Source: Chiloscyllium plagiosum
Lineage: Eukaryota
Reading direction: 5' to 3'
Assembly (NCBI RefSeq): GCF_004010195.1
Contig: NC_057719.1
Coordinates: 6,842,740-6,906,739, forward strand
DNA length: 64,000 nt
The notes beneath the pieces are model-generated. The model did no database searches, was not told the origin of the DNA, and worked only from the letters and a program-made list of their open reading frames with translations. Shown here in pieces: positions 12,412 through 25,133 of the stretch (its first letter is position 1; each line of letters opens with the position of its first letter). The position numbers were made by a program, and so were the translations under genes.

Positions 12412-13092
12412 TCATAGAGTCATAGAGGTGTACAGTATGGAAACAGACCCTTCGGTCCAACCTGTCCATGCCGACCAGATGCCCCAACCCAATCTAGTCC
12501 CATCTGCCAGTACCCGGCCCATATCCCTCCAAACCCTTCATATTCATAAACACACCCAAATGCCTTTTAAATGTTGCAATTGTACCAGCCTCCACCACTT
12601 CCTCTGGCAGCTCATTCGATACACGTACCACTCTCTGCGTGAAAAAGTTGCCCCTTAGGTCTCTTTTATATCTTTCCTCTGTCACCCTAAACCTATGCCC
12701 TCTAGTTCTGGACTCACACCAAAATTGGAGGTGCAGTGGACAGTGAAGAGGGTAGCCTCAGATTACAACAGGATCTTGACCAGATGGGCCAATGGGCTGA
12801 GAAGTGAGAAATGGAGTTAATTCAGATGAATGCGAGGTGCTCAGCAACACTCCCTAGGACCTTAACATTAAGTGTATAAGTCCTGCTAAGGTTTGCTTTT
12901 CCAAAATGCAGCACCTCACATTTATCTGAATTAAACTCCATCTGCCACTCCTCAACCCATTGGCCCATCTGGTCAAGATCCTGTTGTAATCTGAGGTAAC
13001 CCTCTTCGCTGTCCACTACACCTCCAATTTTGGTGTCATCTGCAAACTTACTAACTGTACCTCTTATGCTCGCATCCAAATCATTTATGTAA
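12412..13092 (-). mobile_element. CR1 LINE 3' fragment with internal inverted duplication
   Basis: tcatagagtcatagag tail; VSKFADDTKIGGVVDSEEGYLRLQQDLDQMG; 12716-12840 is the reverse complement of 12910-13037. Confidence 0.9.
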
Positions 13093-13275
13093 ACGATCAT
13101 TGAGGGAAAAGAAGAATAATTAAAAATAAAACGGCAGTTAGTCGAAGTGTGAAGGAACAACATTTTCAAAATGCATTTTTTCAAGGCTGCGATCCTTTAT
13201 TCCCTTTTGAATAATCTTTAGATTAGCAATAGAATATAGGTTTATGTGAATATATTTTTCATGTGTTGCATAAAC

Positions 13276-13402
13276 TCAACCACCTGATGAAGGAGCAGTG
13301 CTCTGAAAACTAGTGCTTCCAAAGAAACCTGTTGGATTATAATCTGGTGTTGAGATTTTTAACTTTGCACATTCCAGTCCAACACTGGCACCTCCAAATC
13401 AT
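13276..13402 (+). mobile_element. Penelope pLTR family B with hammerhead motif (13281-13315)
   Basis: cac-CTGATGA-a-ggagc-agt-gctct-GAAA-ac-TA-gtg followed by the family B tail. Confidence 0.75.
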
Positions 13403-13689
13403 TTTAATGTGATAGAGACTAATTGGAAGTTTAGAGTTCAGTCTGAAGTCCGATCGGTCATGATCTTCAGGCAAGCTTGAGAAGCCCAATGGCCTTGCCC
13501 CTAATTTATCCATAAGTCCAGTACAACTCTTTCACTAGCTGAACTTGGTTTCACATTGAACAATAACTCCTTCAACTCCACTCAATGCTTCCAATCAAAA
13601 AGGACTTCAGTGCTTACCCCCCTGTATCTTAGCAAAATCTGCCTTTTAGTGGAATATGTGAAATATTCTTTATTAAAATCTCGATCATG

Positions 13690-15105
13690 TTACTTTTTGT
13701 TAATGTCGCATGTACCAAGATAGTGAAGTATTGTTTTGCGTGCTATACAAGCAGATTGTACCATAAAAACTGCAACATGGTAGAAGAACAGCTGCGGAGA
13801 AGGTGCACAGAGATCAGAAATCTACATTTGTGTAAGTCCATTCAAAAGTCTGATAACATTGGGGAAGAAGCTGTTCTTGAATCTGTTTGTATGTGTATTC
13901 AAACTTCTGTATCTTCTGACGGAAGAGAGTATAACCAGGGTGGGAGGGGTCTTTGATTATTGGCTGCTTTCCTGAGGCAGCAGGAAGTATAGATGAGGTT
14001 AATAGATGGAAGGCTGGTTTATGTGATGGACTGGGCTATGTGCATGACTCTGTAGTGTTTTGCGGTCTTGGGGAGAGCAGTTGCCATACCATGCTGTGAT
14101 ATGTGCAGATTAGGTTCCTTTCTGTGGTGCATCTATGAAAATTGGTAAATGTCATTGTTGACATGCTGAATTTCCTTGGCCTCCTGAGGAATTAGAGGCA
14201 TTGTTGTGCTTTCTTGACTTGTCAATGTGGATGGACCAGGACGGGCTTGATGGTGATCACTCCCAGGAACTTTCCTCTCTCAAACATCTCCACCTCTGCA
14301 CGATTGACGCAGACGGGCATTCCCTCCACTCCACTTCCTGAACTCAATAACCAACTCCTTTTCCTGATGTTGATGGAAAGATTGTCTTTATGCCTTGCCG
14401 ATGAGCACTCAATCTCTTTCCTGTACTGTCTCATTGTTGGAGATCTGACCTTCAGTGGTGGTGGTGTCAGCAAACTTGTAAATGGGGTTGGGTGGAATTT
14501 GGCTACACCGGCATGAGTGCATAAGTAGCATAGTAGGGAGCTGAGTGCACAACCTTATGGGGCTCTGATGTTGAGGATTATCATGGAGGAAGTGTTGTCA
14601 CCTGTTCTATTGTGGTCTATGGGCAGGCAGTTGAGCCAGTTACAGAGGGGAGAGCCAAGACCAAGGTGTTGGAGTTTGGAAAGGGGTCTGTTTGGAGTTA
14701 CGGTGTTGAGATGGAGCTATGGTCAATAAGTGGGAGCTTGATGTAGGTATCCTTGTTAACCAGATGTTTCAGGGAGAAGTGTAGGGCCAGGGAGATGACA
14801 TCTGCTGTGGACCTGTTGCTATGATAGGCAACTTGCAAAGGATGAAGGCAGGCTGGTAGACCGGAGTTAATGTGAGCCATGCTTAACCCCTCGAAGCACT
14901 TCATAGTTATGGAGGTTAGAGCCACCAGCTAGTAATCATTGGGGCACACAGCATGATTTTTCTTTGGTGCTGAGATGATGGTGGTTTTCTTGAAGCAGGT
15001 GGGGACTTCAGATCATATTAAAGATGTCAGTGAATGCTCCTGCTAGCTGTTCCCCACAGGATCTGTGTGGGGGGCTGGGGAATCCATCTGGGCCAGTTTG
15101 TTTTT
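13690..15105 (-). mobile_element. Rex1/Babar LINE RT-to-3' fragment
   Basis: ALTSITMKCFE...PLQVAYHSNRSTADVISLALHFSLKHLVNKDTY is the Rex1/Babar RT signature. Confidence 0.85.
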
Positions 15106-15112
15106 GTCGGTT

Positions 15113-15356
15113 TGTTAGATTCTTTTCCTGAGGTTTCACACATGAGATGCAATTCGCTCAAATCATCTTCTGCAAACAAAGTTTATTAAAGCCTGGACAT
15201 GCTAGGTGATCCCCTTTGACCCTCCTCGCAGGTGTGCAACGTAGAGTCAAAAGATGCTCTGAACAAAAAAACACCCCCTTTTATGTAAGTCAGTTGGTAA
15301 AGTTCACAGATACTCTTATGCCCCACCTCCTCTGCCACGCCGCCCCCCTCCCCCCG
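15113..15356 (-). mobile_element. Possible LTR fragment
   Basis: Starts TGT, has a minus-strand AATAAA (tttatt near 15182) and lies between two LINE fragments; second terminus not seen. Confidence 0.3.
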
Positions 15357-15872
15357 TACCATTAAGTGTATAAGTCCTGCTAAGATTTGCTTTCCTAAAA
15401 TGCAGCACCTCATGTTTACCTAAATTAAAGTCCATCTGATACTTCTCAGCCCATTGGCCCATCTGATCAAGATCCCATTGTAATCTGAGGTAAACTTCTT
15501 CACTGTCCACTATACCTTCAATTTTGGTGTCATTAGCAAACTTAATAATTATACCTCTTATGCTCTCGACAAAATCATTATATAAATGATGAAAAGTAGA
15601 GGACCCAGCACTGATCCTTGTGGCACTCCACTGGTCACACTGAAAAACAACCCTCCAGTCTGAAAAACAACCCTCCACCACCACCCTCTGTCTTCTACCT
15701 TTGGATACAGAACTGGCTCAAAATGGTGAGCTCTCCATATATTCCATGAGATCTAACCTTGCTCACCAGTCTCCCATGGGGAACCTTGTCGAACGCCTTA
15801 CTGAAGCCCATATAGATCGCATCTACCGTTTTGCCCTTATCAATCCTCTTTGTTACTTTTTCAAAAAAACTT
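15357..15872 (-). mobile_element. CR1 LINE RT fragment
   Basis: VVEGCFSDW, KFANDTKIEGIVDSEEVYLRLQWDLDQMG; local tandem duplication of ctgaaaaacaaccctcca. Confidence 0.9.
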
Positions 15873-15963
15873 GATCTAAGAATCTTTCTTGACTGTAACT
15901 TGTATTTAAGACAAGATGTTGGCTTGCTATTTCAAACATGCATCTGTCTGACAGCAATTTGTC

Positions 15964-16295
15964 AGGCAGGCATGGTGGCTCAGTGGTTAGCACTACTGTC
16001 TCTCAGCACCAGGGACCCAGGTTTGATTCCATCCTGGTGACTGTGCAAACTCCACACAGACATTCTTCCTCTGGGTGCTCCGGTTTCCTCCCACAATCTA
16101 AAGGTGTGCAGGTTAGGTGGATTGGCCATACTAAATTGTCCATATTGTCTGGAGATGTGCAGGCTATGTGGCTGAGCCATGGGAAATGCAGGGTTCCAGG
16201 GAAAGGGTAGGAATTGGGTCTGGGTGGGATGGTTTGGAGGGTTGGCGTGGACCCAATGGGCTGAATTGCCTGCTTCCCCACTATAGGGATTCATG
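15964..16295 (+). mobile_element. HE1-type V-SINE (tRNA-derived)
   Basis: A box tggctcagtgg, B box ggtttgattcc, V-domain ggtgctccggtttcctcccaca, CR1-like tail. Confidence 0.88.
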
Positions 16296-18164
16296 ACCAT
16301 TAGAGAATGAGGGAGCCAGAGGTAGGTTCATGCAGTGGGAGGTGTTCCATAAGAGGTGCTGTTAATTGTCTCGACTGGGAGAGAAGTCCTGAAGTGTTTT
16401 TTTTCTGGTGTGCGTTTGTGGTGCAGAAGTAGACCATTGTTCTATTGTGTCTGCATTAGTGGATTTTTAATAGAGTACTTTTTGTGCTGTAATGCTCAAA
16501 TTCCCCCTTAAACCTGAATGGTACCAAATTGGCAATTTACTTTATACTGTATAATAATGTAAGTAGTTTGAATTTGTAAATTGATTAACAGCTGAAGTAT
16601 AGGGCTATGCAGAATAGGTTAGTATATGGGTGGTTTGTACGTTAAGCTGCAAATTGATACCAGCTCTATGGATAGAATGCATTTGTGTTGTAATAGATTT
16701 GTTATGGACTTTTTGTAAAGCTGGAACTTGGCATTCACTTCTGTGTTCTCATAAGCTATCAGTGTTAATGGTGCTTGTAATATTACTCCATGTCAGCATA
16801 GAGGAGTATAAATAAGGGAAGCATTAGCCAGTTTATATTTTTCTCAGCATTGAATGTTGTTTTATAAATTAGATACACAATGACTTCAGTACTTTGTCAT
16901 AACATCTCAGCTCAAAATAGTCTAAGATACATAATATAGGATAAATAGCATGTGTCTAATTATGCTCATTCCAGTTAAACATTGGCCTCTTTGTTAAACA
17001 TGACATCCAGATGTAGTATTCTGCAACTGTTACTGACCTATACTTTCCCACTGAAGACATTGGCATCTTTCAAGCTGGTGCCCTTTTTAAAGGTATCAGG
17101 TTATCTAGAATCTTTGCAAGCAATTTGCATTACCTCTCTGGCTTATCACTTTGTTGAGTTTCATTTCACTTCTTATCGATTCCTTCCTGCCTAATATTCC
17201 TATACACATTTTTGATTAAGAAACCTGTTATTCCATGGTAAGTGTAATTCCAAATGAGTAGCTTGTCAGTCAACTTAATGTTACGGCAATATAAGGTTAT
17301 GCTGTTTTATATCAATATTTAGGAATTGTCTAAACTGCCAGTTTGCTTGGTATCCTTGAGCTCTAACTGCATTAAAGTTCTCCTTGCAGAAAGAATAGTA
17401 GATCCTACACTTTAGGAAGATGTGATGGAGGCATTGTAAGCAAGATAGCTGGATTGTAATGAAATTGGTCCACATGCTGAACCTATTTGTTATTTTGGGG
17501 ATGGATTTGGAGACCTGCAGCCACTGTGTGAGTTGATACTGTACTTTCTGTGAAACATCTACCTGACAGCTGAGAAACTGTCTTGGATGGTGAGCTTATT
17601 TTTTTTTCAAAAAGCTTTCAGTTCAGTTTCTGAAGATTGCCCGTGTGTACGTTCACTAGCTTGACACTAATGTAAGTGGGGCTTATGTTTTGTAAAGTGA
17701 AATTTTTAAATTGGCAGCTGTTGCACTTAACAGGCCCTCTACCACAATCAAAAATTTTCAAAAGCTGATTGTAGCAAAACGTGACAGTGAAACCTATGTT
17801 AACGCTCATTTAAGTGTAGAGAATACTTATTTATTGTGACCTTGTAATATCCACTCAACAAAGTGTTGCTTTTAACATGAATGTGTTATAGTGTGACACC
17901 AAGTGACCGGTGGGAAAGAAAAGGCAATCATTTAATGTTGGATGCTTGAAATTTCAACTAGAATTCACACTTCAAATTCTCCAACTTGCCATACTATTTT
18001 CTTCTGACCTGAAGCTCTGTGTGTATGTTAGATCTTATGCTCTGTAAGAGAGAGCCCTACGCATCATTAGCAAATTCATGTCATTTGTATTTTGTGATGG
18101 TGTAATGCTGTTGTAATGCTGTTGTCTTTGAAGCAACACAGCCACCAACATGATGTAACGAATA

Positions 18165-20828
18165 TCACAATAGACAATAGGTGCAGGAGTAGGCCATTCA
18201 GCCCTTCGAGCCTGCACCGCCATTCAATATGATCATGGCTGATCATTCCTAATCAGTATCCTCTTCCTGCCTTATCTCCATAACCCTTGATTCCACTATC
18301 TTTGAGAGCTCTATCCAACTCCTTCTTAAATGAATCCAGAGAGTGGGCCTCCACTGCCCTCTGGGGCAGAGCATTCCACACAACCACCACTCTCTGGGTG
18401 AAGAAGTTTCTCCTGAGCTCTGTCCAAAATGGTCTACCCCGTATTTTTAAGCTGTGTCCTCTAGTTCGGCACTCACCCATCAGCAGAAACATGTTTCCTA
18501 CTGCCAGAGTGTCCAATCCTTTCATAATCTTACATGTCTCAATCAGATCCCCTCTCAGTCTTCTAAACTCAAGGGTACACAAGCCCAGTCGCTCCAGTCT
18601 TTCAGCATAAGGTAGTNNNNNNNNNNNNNNNNNNNNNNNNNNNNNNNNNNNNNNNNNNNNNNNNNNNNNNNNNNNNNNNNNNNNNNNNNNNNNNNNNNNN
18701 NNNNNNNNNNNNNNNNNNNNNNNNNNNNNNNNNNNNNNNNNNNNNNNNNNNNNNNNNNNNNNNNNNNNNNNNNNNNNNNNNNNNNNNNNNNNNNNNNNNN
18801 NNNNNNNNNNNNNNNNNNNNNNNNNNNNNNNNNNNNNNNNNNNNNNNNNNNNNNNNNNNNNNNNNNNNNNNNNNNNNNNNNNNNNNNNNNNNNNNNNNNN
18901 NNNNNNNNNNNNNNNNNNNNNNNNNNNNNNNNNNNNNNNNNNNNNNNNNNNNNNNNNNNNNNNNNNNNNNNNNNNNNNNNNNNNNNNNNNNNNNNNNNNN
19001 NNNNNNNNNNNNNNNNNNNNNNNNNNNNNNNNNNNNNNNNNNNNNNNNNNNNNNNNNNNNNNNNNNNNNNNNNNNNNNNNNNNNNNNNNNNNNNNNNNNN
19101 NNNNNNNNNNNNNNNNNNNNNNNNNNNNNNNNNNNNNNNNNNNNNNNNNNNNNNNNNNNNNNNNNNNNNNNNNNNNNNNNNNNNNNNNNNNNNNNNNNNN
19201 NNNNNNNNNNNNNNNNNNNNNNNNNNNNNNNNNNNNNNNNNNNNNNNNNNNNNNNNNNNNNNNNNNNNNNNNNNNNNNNNNNNNNNNNNNNNNNNNNNNN
19301 NNNNNNNNNNNNNNNNNNNNNNNNNNNNNNNNNNNNNNNNNNNNNNNNNNNNNNNNNNNNNNNNNNNNNNNNNNNNNNNNNNNNNNNNNNNNNNNNNNNN
19401 NNNNNNNNNNNNNNNNNNNNNNNNNNNNNNNNNNNNNNNNNNNNNNNNNNNNNNNNNNNNNNNNNNNNNNNNNNNNNNNNNNNNNNNNNNNNNNNNNNNN
19501 NNNNNNNNNNNNNNNNNNNNNNNNNNNNNNNNNNNAGTTCTGGTCCTTCAGCCACTGTTACCTCAGGGAGATTGCTTGTGTCTTCCCCAGTGGACACAGA
19601 TCTGAATTACCAATTCAATTCTTCTGCCATTTCTTTGTTCCCCGTAGTATATTCCCCTGTTTCTGTCTTCAAGGGCCCAATTTTAGTCCTAACCATTTTT
19701 TTGCCTTGCACATACTTAAAAAAAGCTTTTACTATCCCCCTTTATAGTTTTGGCCAGTTTACCTTCGTACCCCATTTTTCCTCTGCGCATTTCCTTCTTA
19801 GTAATCCTCTGTTGTTCTTTAAAAGCTTCCCAGTCCTCAGTTTTCCCACTTATCTTTGCTATGTTATACTTTTTCTCTTTTAACTTTATATGTTTCTTAA
19901 CTTCCCTCATCAGCCACGGCCGCCCATGCCTCCTCGTGGAATCTTTCTTCCTTTTAGGAATGAACTGATCCTGCAACTTCTGCATTATGCACAGAAATAT
20001 CCGCCATTGTTCCTCCACAGTCATCCCTGCTAAGGTATTGCACCATTGAACTTTGGCCAGCTCCTCCCTCATAGCTCCATAGTTCCCTTTATTCAACAGA
20101 AGTACTGTGACTTCCGACTGTACCCTCTCCCTCTCAAATTGCAGATTGAAGCTTAATGTATTATGGTCACTACTTCCCAATGTCTCCTTCACTTCGAGGT
20201 CTCTGACCAATTCTGGTTCATTACACAAACCAGATCCAGAATTGCCTTCTCCTTGGTCGGCTCCAGCACCAGCTGCTCTAAGAATCCATCTCTGAGGCAC
20301 TCCACAAAGTCTCTTTCTTGAGGTCCAATACCATCCTGATTCTCCCAGTCTACCTGAATGTTAAAATCCCCCTTAACAACTGTAGTGACATCTTTGTGAC
20401 CGGCCAATTTCAGCTCCTGATTTAACTTACACCCGACATCCAGACTACTGTTTGGGGGCCTGTAGATGACTCCCAAGAGGGTCTTTTTACCCTTTAGTAT
20501 TTCGCAGCTCTATCCACACTGACTCTACATCTCCTGACTCTAGGTCCCCCCGCGCAAGGGACTGAATATCCTCCCTTAACAACAAGGCCACCCCACCCCC
20601 TCTGCCCGTCAGTCTGTCCTTATGATAGCACGTGTATCCTTGAATATTCATTTCCCAGACCCTGTCCACTTGAAGCCACGTCTCAGTTATCCCCACAATA
20701 TCGTATCTGCATATTTCCAAAAGAGCCTCAAGCTCATCCATCTTATGTCTAATGCTTCGTGCATTCATGTATAGTATTTTTAATTTGTTACTGCTCTCAC
20801 CCTTCCCATCAACCCCTATTTCACTCAA
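18165..20828 (-). mobile_element. Relatively young CR1 LINE, near-complete ORF2 spanning the gap
   Basis: EN motifs YMNARSI, DIVGITETWL, GRGGGVALL, GVIYRPPN, GDFN, LGSSDHN; 3' RRLRGDLIETCKIMKG, RTRGHSLK. Confidence 0.93.
18617..19535. other. Assembly gap (919 N)
   Basis: Run of N inside a CR1 element. Confidence 0.99.
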
Positions 20829-21342
20829 CGGCAGATCTGGTTTTAATTTTTTTTAAATGAAGTGATCTGGATGTGCTTGCCACGAGCAGAGTATGTGAAG
20901 TAAGTATTCTATTTCCTTAAAATAATATAACTGGTGAACGCACACATGTTTGGGGAATTAAAGTCTGCAATGTTAAGTGAATTTTGCTGGTTAAAGTTCA
21001 TCAGCTGTTCACACCTTTGCACTTTTAGTGGGAGTCTGTTTGTTTTCAAGTACTTGAGAAGGAGGAAGCTGCTGTCACAAAAGTAGGCAACAAGTCTTGA
21101 ATAAAGCACCAGAAAAGAGTGGGAAACAGAGAAAGCTCAAGTTACTCCATGCACAAGAAAGACCTCGCAACAATCCAGGTATCTCCTCTCAAGAGGCACA
21201 CCATGAGAGATACTTTGGAGTTATTTGCATTTAGCACTGCCAATGACTGTGTGATGCTGTGAACAAGTGAACTATTTCCCCACAAAATTTTGCAGTGTAT
21301 TGGGTAAACAAATTTTCCAAAAGCCTTGGACATTAAAAATTT

Positions 21343-21640
21343 AGGCTGCCAAATTTCACTGCACTATTGAAGGTGTACTGCACTGTTTGAGGGGCCATTT
21401 TTTTTTAAGTCGTTAGGGTGACACCCTGCATTCTTGGGAGAACCTAAATGATCCTGTAGCAATATTCAAAGCGGAACTGTGAAATGTTACAACCATAATG
21501 TATCCTTCAAGCAGGATCAATAAAGCCATTGTCTGATCATCATCTCTTTGCTGTTAATGTAATCCTACAATGTACCAAATGGCTGATGTTTCCTTCATGT
21601 CATCTGAGACCACTGCAATGAAAGCTGTATAATACCTTCA
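21343..21640 (+). mobile_element. Ancient DeuSINE (SacSINE1/AmnSINE1-like) relic
   Basis: aggctgcc...gcactattgaaggtgtactgcactgtttgaggggcc...atcctgtagcaatattcaaag...tatccttcaa...ttgctgtt...aaatggctgatgtttcc follows the recalled Deu-domain consensus in order. Confidence 0.6.
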
Positions 21641-21641
21641 T

Positions 21642-22242
21642 TGTTAAGACCTTTGTTATTTTTATCATTTTTGGTTTGGAGCTGTGAACTGAGAGTTGAA
21701 GGTGACATTAAGTAAACAACTTTTCGTTTAGAAAGAAGAGAATAAACAAACTGAGATTTGAGGCAGGTCTGGAAGTTAATTACAGGAAGCTTATTTGCAT
21801 TAGTGTCTTCAGGAAGCTAACCTACAATCGCATGTACCTGAGAGATTATGGATCATGGAGTCTAAGTGAGCCGGCCAATTGCATTTTATTTATTTTTCTC
21901 CTTTGACTTATCCCTTAACTCTGTCTGTCTGTTTGTTTGTCAGTCTTTGTGTGGGGAGGGGGCTAGAATTCAAACAAGATTGGGTTTAAATCATAGACAT
22001 TAATTATCTTATTGCTTAACTTTGAGAGCCACTGAATTATTAATAATTTATTAAATCTTTTATTTAAGTTATAAACCTGATGTTTGGTTATTTACAATGT
22101 CTGGTACTGCTTATTGAAAAAGCCTGGTTCGGAACCATTGGGATCAGTTTTGGGGGTCATTGAATGTTTTAATTTTATGCTGATGCAAATACAAGGGGAG
22201 AGAGGCTGATTTGATGCAGCTGTCTGACTTTGTGTCGTAACA
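21642..22242 (+). mobile_element. Probable solo LTR (about 600 bp)
   Basis: Termini TGTTAAGAC...GTCGTAACA are inverted repeats with one mismatch and TG..CA ends; no TSD visible. Confidence 0.45.
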
Positions 22243-22424
22243 AAGTTATATTTTTGGAATTTTAATTTTGTTTTAGGAATAGAAGCAAATGGATTTCAGT
22301 CAGTTTTGTGAAGTTTAAGTCGGTCAGAAAGTCATTTGGACAGTGATCTCAGTGCATCAGTTCCAAGAAGACCTATGACTACAGTTAAGAGGCTGGGAGA
22401 TCCTCTGTGATGTTAATGAATAGA

Positions 22425-22908
22425 ATAAGATTATTAGACACAGGAGCAGAAATTAGGCTGTTCAGCCCATCAAGTCTGCTCCACCATTCAATCATGGCTG
22501 ATAAGTTTCTCAACCCCATTCTCCTGCTTTCTCCCTGTAACCCTTGATCCCCTTGACACTCAAGAACCTATCTATCTCTGTCTTAAATATACTAACTGAC
22601 CTGGCCTCCATAGCCCTGGCAATGAATTCCACAGACTGACCACTGTCTGTCTTGAAGTTTCTCCTTAACTCTGTTCTAAAAGATCTTTCCATGACTCTAC
22701 TCTAACCTTGTGCCCTGGGGTCCTAGTTTGTCCTACCACTGGAAACATCTGCTCAACATTCACTTGTTAGGGCTGTTCAGTATTTTGCAAGCTTCTCAAT
22801 TAGATCCCCCCCTCCCCCTCCTCCTCCTAAACTCCAAGTATAGACCCAGAAGTCCTCAAATGTTCCTCATGTTAGGCTTTTCATTCCTGGGACCATTCTC
22901 ATGAACCG
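22425..22908 (-). mobile_element. CR1 LINE 3' fragment
   Basis: IFKTEIDRFLSVKGIKGYREKAGEWG; same subfamily as 48436-48920. Confidence 0.85.
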
Positions 22909-24149
22909 TTTGACAAATCTGCCCAGGAAAATGAGAAGACTAAGCTGGTATTATCATAATATGATCAGCCACCTTGGGAAGTGGTTGAGATAATACATTT
23001 CAAGAAAGGAAAACAAATAAGGGAATTGCTGTGAAAAGTTAGATAACCAAATTAACAGGAAAACATATTTAAATGAACAAGGTAAGAGCTTAGGGCACAC
23101 AATCAGCAAATCTTTGCTACAGTGATTTTTAAAAAATAATTCTCTCTGGTTCTTAACAGCTATGTATAAATGTATAATTATTGTAAGCATACATTGGGCT
23201 CATCAGGTGCTTAAGTGTCTCAGGCATATGTCGTGAACTCCAGCATTTTAAACATTAAATCCTTATGATAGAAGAGCTTAATTATCCAATTTTTTAAAAA
23301 AACTGATCAGCACTGGAAGCCATAATTAAACTTGATAGTAGATTAATTTGGAGACATAACTTCTGTTCAAAAGTTTCATATTGTAAAGATTTCTATGATC
23401 CATTTTCTGCAGCTCTTGTTCAGCGAGAGTTACAGAATAATTAAGTGGGCTGTGTTACAAAGATTTGCAAATTCCCCCGTTTACAGAAATCTTGATCCAT
23501 ATAATCCAGACCCAATTTGCAAATTCATTGGTAATGGGAAATACAATTAGCAATTAAGTAGAACTGAGATAGGAATGTCTTTGTGCAAAGAATGGGATAT
23601 TATGGACCAAAGTGCCAAATAATTACGCCCACCTCAGTAAAATCAGGAGGATGTTTTTGGCAGATAACTCTTCTATCCCATTTTAATGTTCAGTCCTAAC
23701 AAACAAAATGGTTTTGATGCTTCAAAACAGATTAAACAGCGCATTGAAAAGCAAAAGTATAGGTCATTCATTTCCCTTCTGAGGTAGAAAAACAAAAGTC
23801 AATGATAACTTACTGTGCTGTGAAAACAAAGCACAATCCTGAAAATATTTTAGGAATGGAAAAAAAAATCAGCATTTTTCTTATTTATTCAAGTATCACA
23901 TAACTATATGCTGTGCTAGTGAGTTCTAGATAAGTTCAAGACCAAAGTGTATTTTATTTTAAAAAGCTGATATTTGGCAAAATTTCAAGGCTTATTAAGC
24001 AAGTTGGCAACTATAAGTTGCCTGCAGAGAAGCAAAATATCCACCAGCTAACTTTAATCATTCAGCATACTGCAAAGGTAGATCATAAATTGCTTTGATT
24101 TCATATTTTAATGCAAGTCTTGAAGAAATGTCACAGTCTTGAAATGTTA

Positions 24150-25133
24150 GCTGTGGGCAGCCGTGCTGACGAGGGAAGTCAGGGATAGCATAAAAGTAAA
24201 AGAGAAAACATATAATGTGGCAAAAGGCAATGGGAAACCAGAGGATTGGGAAGCTTACAAAGACCAACAGAGGGCAACAAAAAAGGAAGTAAGGAGGGAG
24301 GAGATTAAATATGAGAGTAAGCTAGCCAGGAATATGAAGGAAGACAGTATAGATATCTATAAAGGCCAAAAGTGGACATTGGACAGCTGGAAAATGAGGC
24401 TGGGAAGGTGATAGTGGGGAACAAGGAAATGGCTGAGGAATTGAATAATTACTTCACATCAGTCTTCATGGTATTTTAAAAAAAAGTAATATCCCAAAAA
24501 ATCAAGAGTTGGGGGCAGAGCTGAGTGTGGTGGCCAGCATCAAGGAAAAGATGTGAGAAAATCTGAATAGCCAGAAGGTGGATAAATCACCTGGACCAGA
24601 TGGACCACACCCCAGAGTTCTAAGGGAGATAGCTGTAGAGATAATGGAGGCATTACTGGTGATCTTTCAGGAATTGCTTAGAGTCAGGAGGGTCCTAGAG
24701 GACTAGAAAATTGCTAACATGGCACCCCTGTTTTAAAAAGAGTTTTTAAAAATTACTGACCAATTTAGCCTAACCTCGGTCATGGGAAAGATCCTACAGT
24801 CCATTGTGAAGGATGAGATGTCTGAATACTTGGAAGTGTATGGTGAAATGGTATTGAGCAGGTCAGACCAAGGAAAGCCAGTGGATGTTATTGACCTGAA
24901 CTTCAAGAAGGCCTTTGACAAGCTGCCACACAGGAAGCTACTGAGTAAGATAAGTGCCTGTGGTGTTAGAGGCAAGTTGCGAGCATGGATAGAAGTTTGG
25001 CTGTGGCAGAAAGCAGAGAGTTGCGATAAAAGGGTCTTTCTCAGGATGGCAGCCAGTGATAACTGGTGTTCCACAAGGGTCAGTGTTGGGACCACAACTT
25101 TTCACTTTATACATTAATGATTTGGATGAAGGA
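24150..25133 (+). mobile_element. CR1 LINE ORF2 internal fragment
   Basis: KPEDWEAYKDQQRATKKE, DKSPGPDG, VDVIDLNFKKAFDKLPHRKLL, GVPQGSVLGP. Confidence 0.9.

Noticed and set aside
15964..16035. tRNA genes at A/B-box sites (also 31150-31247, 39880-39952, 47585, 50540-50598)
   Set aside because: These are SINE or LINE heads without a full cloverleaf
17235..17595. ATG/GTAAGT, MDLETCSHC/GTGAGT and ATG/GTGAGC as first exons
   Set aside because: Donor-like motifs occur at this frequency by chance; no supporting promoter or homology evidence
18602..19597. 331-aa ORF
   Set aside because: Artefact of translating the N gap inside a CR1
19716..20828. Long minus-strand ORFs as an active CR1
   Set aside because: ORF2 is split by frameshifts and the gap; young but not intact
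22262..22410. Acceptor followed by purine-rich exon-like sequence
   Set aside because: All three frames hit stops within about 25 codons and no donor is evident
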